This document shows positions 58,101 through 64,000 of a DNA stretch of 64,000 nucleotides, in pieces (the first letter of the stretch is position 1; each line of letters begins with the position of its first letter). The position numbers were made by a program, and so were the translations under genes. This DNA comes from a bacterium (lineage in GTDB: Bacteria; Arandabacterota; Arandabacteria; Arandabacterales; Arandabacteraceae): positions 10,194 through 74,193 of the forward strand of contig JAOZOU010000009.1 of NCBI GenBank assembly GCA_029933125.1. The letters run 5' to 3'. The notes under the pieces are model-generated. The model had not been told where the DNA came from. It was given only the letters and a program-made list of their open reading frames with translations, and did no database searches.

Positions 58101-59950
58101 ACATCTGGCGATTCCTCAATCTCACCTGCTGTCTTCTCGAGCACGAGGAGCTTCCACTCATCAGTCTGATAAGCCACCTGTGAAGCGAGGACTTCAACTG
58201 CAGCCTCCTTCTTGGCAATGTGATCACGGAAGGCTATAGGAAACTCGACAATTGAGGCAGCTGCCACAAGAAGTAGCACTGCTGCTATGAGGCTAAATTC
58301 TACCTGGCGAGCAAGAAGATGATCGAGAAGAAATGCAAATGCCACAGCCAATGCGCCTACCAAAACGGCAAGCGGATTGACACCGGCAATGCTAAATATC
58401 GCAAGCAAACCAAGGTGAACAATCCCTATGAGAACGAAGGCCATCCATCTCGTTCGGAATGACTTCGAGATGCGTCTCAGCAGGTTCACCTGCCACTGAA
58501 GGATTGCCCCGCTGGCAAGGATCGTCCCCAGTATGACAGAAAGCATACCCAAACGCAGAAGCAGTGTGGTTGGGTGAAAATCAAAGGGTGAAACCATAAG
58601 AATATCTTCCGATGCATCACTGTGGAAGCGCTCGAGGGCAAGCGTGAAGATGATGACAACAGCGGCAGCAACAATAGCACAAATCACAGCGAGAAGAGCC
58701 ATCGGCAAAGCCTCACTTGACTTAGTCTGAGGCTTAAAGCGGGAAGCGGGACGTCTTGCCTTGGCAACCAAAACTATGACAATTGCAATGACGATGATGA
58801 GAGCTGAAAGTGCAAGGTCGAATGGCGAACGCAAGATTCCCAGAGGTGCCTGGGTTGCATAATCAACGGATGAGAAAGCCCGGAAACGATCGAGGAAGAG
58901 GTGATCGCGAACAAGCGCGAATCCCAGGCGCACGCCAAGCAAGGCGAGCACAAGGAGAAAGAGGTTCAGGTTAGATGCATACTCGAACCTATATCCAAGG
59001 AGTATCCTCACAGCAATGCTCAAGGTGATGCCGATGAGAAGTAGACTCAGGATGGATGCTATGAAAAGACCTCGCTCTTTTACTCTGGCGATCTCATCAT
59101 CGACAGGAGGCATGCGCACGCTAAGATAGCCAAGCAGACTACCATCTGGCAGCCTCACTTCCTGTGTAACCACATCAGGCGCTTGTGCGATCCCCTTAGT
59201 CTCGCTTGCAAGATCAAAATGAACATCGTAGCCAGTAAGTGAGACAAGGTAGGCCCCAATGTCAGCCTCATTTCGTCCATGAATAAGGTTGGGGAAGAGG
59301 GGTCTAATCTTCCTATAAGCGACCACAAAGCCAGATTCCTTATCACCTGCCTTGATGGGCTGACGAGCTTCAAGCCACTCACATGTAGTGCTTATGGTAA
59401 CCCTCAAGCCCGTTGGGGGACCATCCACACGGATTCCAATGCTATCGGGTAGGTTCCCCTGCCAGGCAAGTATCTTGCCCTCTCGATCTGCAATGACGAG
59501 TCCTGAGATCTTATTAGCTTTCCTCCACTCGCTCCTGAGCTCGGCAAGAGCATCAAAAAGAGCTTTAGCAGATCCGGCTCGAAATGCCTCACTGATCGCT
59601 TCATCCTTAGCTACTTCGGCTGCCGTGGAGGAAACCCCGCCGACGATACCTTCGATAGCTTGTTGGGAATCCGAAAGAATATCTGCTGCATGTGCCCTTG
59701 ATATCTGCTGCCAGTTGTTCTCAATATGGTGAAGATAGGCTATTGTGCCAGCATGGAGGGCAAAGCAAAGGGTTGCAATCAGCGCTATTATGCGCCTAGC
59801 CGAGCGCTTCTCGATTGCTGCCGCACCAATTCCCACCCCTACACCAAGCAATGGAAACCAAAGTTGGCTCAGCCTCCAGCCTGTAAAAACATCGAATAGT
59901 GCAAACCCAACAATGATCGGGATGGCAAAATTGGCAAATCTTCTTAGCAT
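55127..59950 (-). CDS. giant multi-domain sensor histidine kinase (many TM segments, HAMP, PAS, HisKA, HATPase_c)
   Basis: 1607 aa; H-box AHEIKNPLTPM, HATPase motifs (FLNLIENAVQAM, DTGVGIDPE, GSGLGLAICK), HAMP-like and PAS-like segments; numerous hydrophobic helices in N-terminal 1000 aa. Confidence 0.85.
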   Translation of the reverse strand: MLRRFANFAIPIIVGFALFDVFTGWRLSQLWFPLLGVGVGIGAAAIEKRSARRIIALIATLCFALHAGTIAYLHHIENNWQQISRAHAADILSDSQQAIEGIVGGVSSTAAEVAKDEAISEAFRAGSAKALFDALAELRSEWRKANKISGLVIADREGKILAWQGNLPDSIGIRVDGPPTGLRVTISTTCEWLEARQPIKAGDKESGFVVAYRKIRPLFPNLIHGRNEADIGAYLVSLTGYDVHFDLASETKGIAQAPDVVTQEVRLPDGSLLGYLSVRMPPVDDEIARVKERGLFIASILSLLLIGITLSIAVRILLGYRFEYASNLNLFLLVLALLGVRLGFALVRDHLFLDRFRAFSSVDYATQAPLGILRSPFDLALSALIIVIAIVIVLVAKARRPASRFKPQTKSSEALPMALLAVICAIVAAAVVIIFTLALERFHSDASEDILMVSPFDFHPTTLLLRLGMLSVILGTILASGAILQWQVNLLRRISKSFRTRWMAFVLIGIVHLGLLAIFSIAGVNPLAVLVGALAVAFAFLLDHLLARQVEFSLIAAVLLLVAAASIVEFPIAFRDHIAKKEAAVEVLASQVAYQTDEWKLLVLEKTAGEIEESPDVLEALKDAKGGLDAFALRLWANSIISRAGLNGGIYILGPHDNIVGRFAPGEVGDISGIESVIRRARLSMQKIIEVTTATIGPRTLPVHLGLIPFFEGERYLGCIVIAIPHGYSDVESLVASSPGLFDVVGGRGAGGAELTYDLDASVVKSGRVVGTTSSVFEVGKRIKALEGRDITKPFWFEHRIGGTRYRCYVIRPEGRFEGILFSFPIPGVSDLAVYYMAVLVGYAILGFCLLVISGLIQALSYSIRRMRGASRLRLRWSFAHKLALGFVLIAIVPTLILGTASRGFLGVRFREVMESRAEEGLKLARLALERLVRDDAERFVENPILMAALEDEPSLIANLVKPGSTAEVFDADGNVVARYGNPVVPNEVLDRTLKRGEALSFFSVEGGLVAKSAFPIKDEITPSIITGCAFVSRPIDDRLARQLAIELGRDINFFSLGKLAASSSREVFVSELVSDRVSPEAYANCFLEGRERDFAWEKIGKADVVMGYSPLRDFRGNVIGAISVPVVFRKDEIGRRMEWTSAAISYLIVVVIGAIFILGLLLARRISQPIRELIQGTLRIGSGDLRFTIPRSGDDEIGDLVDSFNRMTQALARSRKALSERKRYIETIISNVGAGIISTDSRGRIDTFNPTAERILGVKGRNARGGDATRLLTKIGASGLAAVMREVNARRDIVAKEVTIARKDGRIATLRAVASIVKGPRGKPMGRVMVFEDVTELIRSKQLIAWSEMARQVAHEIKNPLTPMKLSIQHLLQCHRDGVGDFDRILEDSVATIVEQIESLRRIAVEFSQFARMPERRLEMTDVNAVLEECIKQYEQAPGEGIEIRKMLDEAIPKLRLDRDELKRVFLNLIENAVQAMPNGGTLTVRTARSWGRTSTTKAFRVSTRPPGAEPLRGYIEISFADTGVGIDPENSEYLFEPNFSTKTQGSGLGLAICKNIVDGYAGEIVIESTPGEGTTVRVRLPLPERPNAQRRSRKTDNRKSQRRPR

Positions 59951-59981
59951 ATTCGCTTGAGCAGCTGATGGTGAGTGGAGA

Positions 59982-60548
59982 CTACCTGGCGGGCACTATT
60001 CTCATCTCTGATATGACCCAGCGGTTGTCTTCAAGAGACAGGGAAACGAAGACAAATTGCTTGGTGACAGCTCCGTTTCTGTACCTGCACACTCTCTCAA
60101 GAAGGGCGGAAGGATGTCCACGTTTGATTTTCGTCCCAGCAGTTTTGACAAAATTCATGCTCGTAGTCTGGGCTCGCCTCAGGTACTGTGAGAGCAGATA
60201 GTAAGCTTGACTCCTGGTAAACAACCCGCCGCGCGGTCCCCCCTCACCAAAATCTAGCCGCACTCTCCCTTTCCCAAAATACCCTACAAATGCCTCGGGC
60301 CTACTCGAGTGGAAACCCCTTGCTACCGCCTTAAAGATATCATGGGGTTCTATCTCTGCTCGAGCCCTACCGTGACGCTTTGGAGCAACTTCGTCTCCTG
60401 CTTGGGTGGTTCCGACCCTCGCCTCGCTTGGACCCAAGATCTCCCGAGCAGTGTTCCCTTTGCTTCGGGCTTCACTCCAACCTAAATTCACAGTCAGTAG
60501 CCCCAAGACCAGAAGGAAGACCGCGCTGACACGAGCTATTCTTACCAT
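59982..60548 (-). CDS. hypothetical exported protein
   Basis: Signal peptide MVRIARVSAVFLLVLGLLTV from internal Met; no recognised family; co-directional between secF and the histidine kinase. Confidence 0.45.
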   Translation of the reverse strand: MVRIARVSAVFLLVLGLLTVNLGWSEARSKGNTAREILGPSEARVGTTQAGDEVAPKRHGRARAEIEPHDIFKAVARGFHSSRPEAFVGYFGKGRVRLDFGEGGPRGGLFTRSQAYYLLSQYLRRAQTTSMNFVKTAGTKIKRGHPSALLERVCRYRNGAVTKQFVFVSLSLEDNRWVISEMRIVPAR

Positions 60549-60709
60549 TCTGCGTCCTCCGAGAGTCTTCGATTGCAATAGTCGTGCCAGCAATCTCAGC
60601 CATCTCCCTTCTCTAAGGGGCTATCAAACATAGACTTACCCATAGGTATGATTCGACACCCATAATAAATGTCTTAAATGAAAGCCAAGATGTCCACCAA
60701 AAGGTACAT

Positions 60710-61606
60710 TTAGCGCCTGCGCACTGGCGACTTGTTGTACCATTCGATAAGAATTGGGCTCGCAACGAAAATGGAAGAATATGTACCAACTATGACACCG
60801 ACGAGCAGCGCAAAGGAGAAATCACGCAAGACCTCGCCGCCCATTGTGAAAAGGAACAGGACCACGATCAAGGTCGTGAGTGACGTCATTATGGTTCTGC
60901 CAAGTGTCTCATTTATGCTTGAATTCACGACACCGCTATAAGTCTCCTTGTGATATTTCCTGAGGTTCTCCCTTATACGATCAAAAACCACAATGGTATC
61001 GTTGAGCGAGTAACCCACTATCGTGAGGAAGGCAGCAATGACTGCAAGCGATATCTCCCTTCCCGTAAGTGAGAAAAGGCCAAGGGTAACAAGGACATCA
61101 TGGAAAAGAGCTGCAACTGCAGCAATTGCAAACCTGAACTGAAAACGAAAGGCAATATATCCGAGGATGGCTATGAGTGAGCTTATGATTGCCCAGATCG
61201 CCTTCCTTCCGAGCTCGCCCCCAATCTTAGGACCGACCAATTCCTCACGCCTCACCTCGAATTGATTGTTGGGCAAGGTTTCGGCAAGCGATTTCTTAAT
61301 GGCTTCAGCTACATCGACCTCCTCGCTGTAAGGTGCTCTGATGAGAAATTCATTGCCAGTGGCAAAAGCCTGGATTTCAGACTTACCGTATCCGCTTTGA
61401 TCCAATGCCTGCCGAATCTGCTCGGTTTCAACAGGCCCATTGAAACGGACTTGAAGAAGAACACCACCTTCAAAATCGATGCTTAAATCTGGACCGCCTT
61501 TTGCTATGAGTGAGACAAGCCCTGCTCCAATGACAAGACCTGAAAGAAGGAATGCACGCCGCCTTGCGCCAATAAAGTTGATATGCGTCTTACCGAAAAA
61601 GCGCAT
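60710..61606 (-). CDS. secF: protein translocase subunit SecF
   Basis: 298 aa; six-TM SecF architecture, conserved motifs (GPDLSIDFEGG, YSLNDTIVVFDRIRE). Confidence 0.9.
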   Translation of the reverse strand: MRFFGKTHINFIGARRRAFLLSGLVIGAGLVSLIAKGGPDLSIDFEGGVLLQVRFNGPVETEQIRQALDQSGYGKSEIQAFATGNEFLIRAPYSEEVDVAEAIKKSLAETLPNNQFEVRREELVGPKIGGELGRKAIWAIISSLIAILGYIAFRFQFRFAIAAVAALFHDVLVTLGLFSLTGREISLAVIAAFLTIVGYSLNDTIVVFDRIRENLRKYHKETYSGVVNSSINETLGRTIMTSLTTLIVVLFLFTMGGEVLRDFSFALLVGVIVGTYSSIFVASPILIEWYNKSPVRRR

Positions 61607-61617
61607 CTCTTACCTCG

Positions 61618-63276
61618 CTATATGCTAAGTTTAGTCAATCTCCGAGCACTTGTGATAGCATCAAAGATTGCTCGTGTGACAACAATCGCTGTAAACATGC
61701 TTGCAAGGATACCGATTGAAAGTGTCACAGCAAAACCCTTAATGGGTCCAGTGCCGAATTGATAGAGCACAGCAGCTGTTATCAAAGTTGTAACGTTTGC
61801 ATCGAGAATAGTTACGAATGCACGTGAATATCCATCCTTTATGGCACGCCTTACGGTTTTGCCAGCACCTAGCTCCTCCCTGATCCTTTCAAAAATCAAA
61901 ACGTTTGCATCGACCGCCATTCCAATTGTAAGAATTATACCTGCGATTCCTGGAAGAGTAAGTGTACCCCTGAAACCGGCGAGAGCAGCCATAAGAATAA
62001 AGAGATTAAGCGCAAGAGCGAGAACTGCCAGCAGGCCAGAAAGGTTGTAGTACATAATCATAAAGATAGCAACTGCTATGCCACCTGCAATTGCCGCCCT
62101 CACCCCACGCCTGATTGAATCATTGCCAAGTGAAGGACCAACCGTACGTTCTTCAACAACCTTAAGTGGTGCAGGAAGAGCTCCAGCTTCGAGAACAATC
62201 TGGAGGTCTTTCGCCTGTTCAGCAGTGAACTTTCCAGTTATGGAAGCAGCACCTCTTATCTTCTCCCTTATCCTTGGAGCAGAATGAACCTTCCCATCGA
62301 GTACAATCGCAAGTCTGCTGCCAACATTCTCACCGGTCACCCGCGAGAAAATTGCTCTTCCAGTTCTGTTGAACTGGAGCGAGACTCCGGGAGCATTGGG
62401 ATACTGAGGATCAAGGCCCCACCTTACTGTTGCAGACTTAAGATACTGCCCTGTTATGGCTGCCTTCCTTTTTACAAGATATACACGCTGGAACTTGCCT
62501 TCTCTTCCCTGCTCAACATCGCGATTCCAGAGAATCTCAACATCAGGCGGAATCAAACCCCGCTTCTCAGCGAGCTCAAAAATCCGCTCAACGATTGGAA
62601 TATCCTGTTCGGAGACTATGGCATCCTCATGGGTACCAACACGCACAAACTGTATCATTGAGCTCAGCGTTCTGCCCTCTCCAGCCTCTGCTTCCATCTC
62701 AGCTCGCAAACCAGTTGTGTCCATCTCGCTTGCGAGCTCCTTAAGCTGAGCTTCAACATCAACCTCTTCCTTGCCTGCTGTCAGTGCTGTAATCTCATCC
62801 TTAAGTTCTTCGTCTATCTTGGTAATGAGTTTCCTAAAGTCATCGCCTTCTTTTACGAGCTTAAACTCAAGTAGAGCAGTCTGTCCTATGAGTTGCTTGG
62901 CTCGCTTCTCATCAGTTATGCCGGCAAGCTGAACAACTATGCGGTCGTTACCCTGCTTCTGGATGACAGGCTCGGAAACGCCGAACTTATCAACTCTATT
63001 GCGAATGATGAGCTCGGCTCTGTCAACAACAGATCGCAAATCCGTGCCCTGCTCGAGACCCGACTTATCAACCTCAAGCACGAGATGCATCCCACCTCGC
63101 AGATCAAGCCCGAGGTGAATCGCCCTCTTTTCAAGTTCCCGAAGCTGAGCCTCTTCCAGAGCGGCCCTCTCCTCCTCGCTCATCGTGGCGAGTTTGAGCG
63201 TTGGGTAGAGGTAATAGATGGCAACAGCCAAGATGGCAAGAATAAGAAGTGCTCTCCATTTGAGGGTTCTATCCAT
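61618..63276 (-). CDS. secD: protein translocase subunit SecD
   Basis: 552 aa; SecD motifs (LGLDLRGGMHLVLEVD, GPSLGNDSIRRG), C-terminal six TM helices; immediately upstream of secF. Confidence 0.9.
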   Translation of the reverse strand: MDRTLKWRALLILAILAVAIYYLYPTLKLATMSEEERAALEEAQLRELEKRAIHLGLDLRGGMHLVLEVDKSGLEQGTDLRSVVDRAELIIRNRVDKFGVSEPVIQKQGNDRIVVQLAGITDEKRAKQLIGQTALLEFKLVKEGDDFRKLITKIDEELKDEITALTAGKEEVDVEAQLKELASEMDTTGLRAEMEAEAGEGRTLSSMIQFVRVGTHEDAIVSEQDIPIVERIFELAEKRGLIPPDVEILWNRDVEQGREGKFQRVYLVKRKAAITGQYLKSATVRWGLDPQYPNAPGVSLQFNRTGRAIFSRVTGENVGSRLAIVLDGKVHSAPRIREKIRGAASITGKFTAEQAKDLQIVLEAGALPAPLKVVEERTVGPSLGNDSIRRGVRAAIAGGIAVAIFMIMYYNLSGLLAVLALALNLFILMAALAGFRGTLTLPGIAGIILTIGMAVDANVLIFERIREELGAGKTVRRAIKDGYSRAFVTILDANVTTLITAAVLYQFGTGPIKGFAVTLSIGILASMFTAIVVTRAIFDAITSARRLTKLSI

Positions 63277-63435
63277 CCTCTAACCTTCCACTGGACGTTA
63301 TAACCAATTAAACTTAGTGCCTGGCTTAAGTCTATGTGATTAAAGATACAAGCCGCTACAGCGGCTGCTAACCAGCAAATTCTAACGTGTTAGTTTAAGT
63401 GACGCTCAAAAGCGTGTCAACCGATAATTGCGGTA

Positions 63436-64000
63436 ATGCCGTTGACAATACCAGCTTCGGAGATTACAATCAAACTGGAGCTAGCCTTCAAGAAGCAGGA
63501 GCTGTTGACAGGATTCCGCGGACGTATACCCACAATGCCGAGTCATTTCGGAGCAATCGGATTGCCAATGGAAAGCGCCGAGGAAATGGAGGAGCTGCTC
63601 GATAGGGTGATCGACAAGTGTGAAAGCCTCAACGTCGAGGGTGGACGCTATCTTTACTGGGCGGCTCCGAGTGGCGCTGAGTTGTGGATCCAGGTTGATA
63701 CCAATGGTGACTACATTGGCATAAATCCCCACTTCTGGGGTAAATCTCGCTTTCGGGCACGTATCGAGAGGTCGCTGGTTCGATCGGACTTCACCGAGCT
63801 CGACGGTTCATATCTCATTCGCCTGGTCAGCGATGAAGTTGGCGTAGATGGTTTGCCCATCGTCTTCGACGTACCAGACTTCAAACTTCACCACCGTAGC
63901 CTTCCTGAGATTGTCACCTTCCAGCTCACCGCCTTTGCGCATGATGAGTTGGAGATCTTCGAATCCGAAGAGGCTTTCAATGAAGCCGAGGAGGAGGAAT
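63436..64000 (+). CDS. hypothetical protein, 3' end outside window
   Basis: Open frame from ATG 63436 (alternative ATG 63535) to the window end, not in track because no stop is present; acidic C-terminal region; no family recognised. Confidence 0.35.
   Translation, partial: MPLTIPASEITIKLELAFKKQELLTGFRGRIPTMPSHFGAIGLPMESAEEMEELLDRVIDKCESLNVEGGRYLYWAAPSGAELWIQVDTNGDYIGINPHFWGKSRFRARIERSLVRSDFTELDGSYLIRLVSDEVGVDGLPIVFDVPDFKLHHRSLPEIVTFQLTAFAHDELEIFESEEAFNEAEEEE

Noticed and set aside
1-64000. Mobile element, prophage or integrative island
   Set aside because: No integrase, transposase, recombinase, phage structural genes or tRNA gene recognised anywhere in the window.

Overview
This 64 kb window looks like a chromosomal segment from a Gram-negative bacterium, likely of the FCB group or a related candidate phylum, judged from two giant proteins ending in T9SS/FlgD-like C-terminal sorting domains. 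All calls rest on reading the sequence and the supplied ORF track by eye; no database search or folding was run. Coding density is high and mostly on the reverse strand. I found no rRNA, tRNA, CRISPR array, transposase or integrase.

Layout, left to right:
- 1-8656: a co-directional housekeeping block (yicC, remA, gmk, rpoZ, coaBC, family-4 UDG, dnaB, mlaEFD, and a YacL-like PIN protein running off the window).
- 9056-12111: an aldo/keto reductase and an RqcH/NFACT protein, separated by a short repeat element.
- 12122-28476: an accessory-looking surface/secreted block. It holds a 1,385-aa repeat protein and an 820-aa FG-GAP protein (both with T9SS-type C-terminal domains), a serpin, two further secreted proteins, a ~1,070-aa TPR-CHAT caspase-like protease, and a divergent ECF sigma / zf-HC2 anti-sigma pair.
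- 28421-37061: a reverse-strand block with mobB-like, ispG, thiL, an M20 amidohydrolase, nnr, acpS, a zinc-ribbon protein, a divergent endonuclease-V homologue and an SplB-like radical SAM protein.
- 37061-43541: an envelope-modification cluster (two GT-C glycosyltransferases, an arylsulfotransferase-like protein, a sulfatase-fold enzyme with Thr at the nucleophile position).
- 43719-51872: a DUF4159 / DUF4175-like / TPR / hypothetical / DUF89 operon.
- 51873-52865: about 1 kb with no convincing coding frame.
- 52866-64000: a B-box zinc-finger protein, a methyltransferase, a thioredoxin-like protein, a 1,607-aa sensor histidine kinase, secDF and a partial hypothetical gene.

The most interesting candidates are the serpin / TPR-CHAT protease / ECF sigma neighbourhood, a dispersed 36-bp-unit repeat family at three intergenic loci, and the 1 kb non-coding stretch. 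None of these is a demonstrated system; each is a hypothesis with a stated test.
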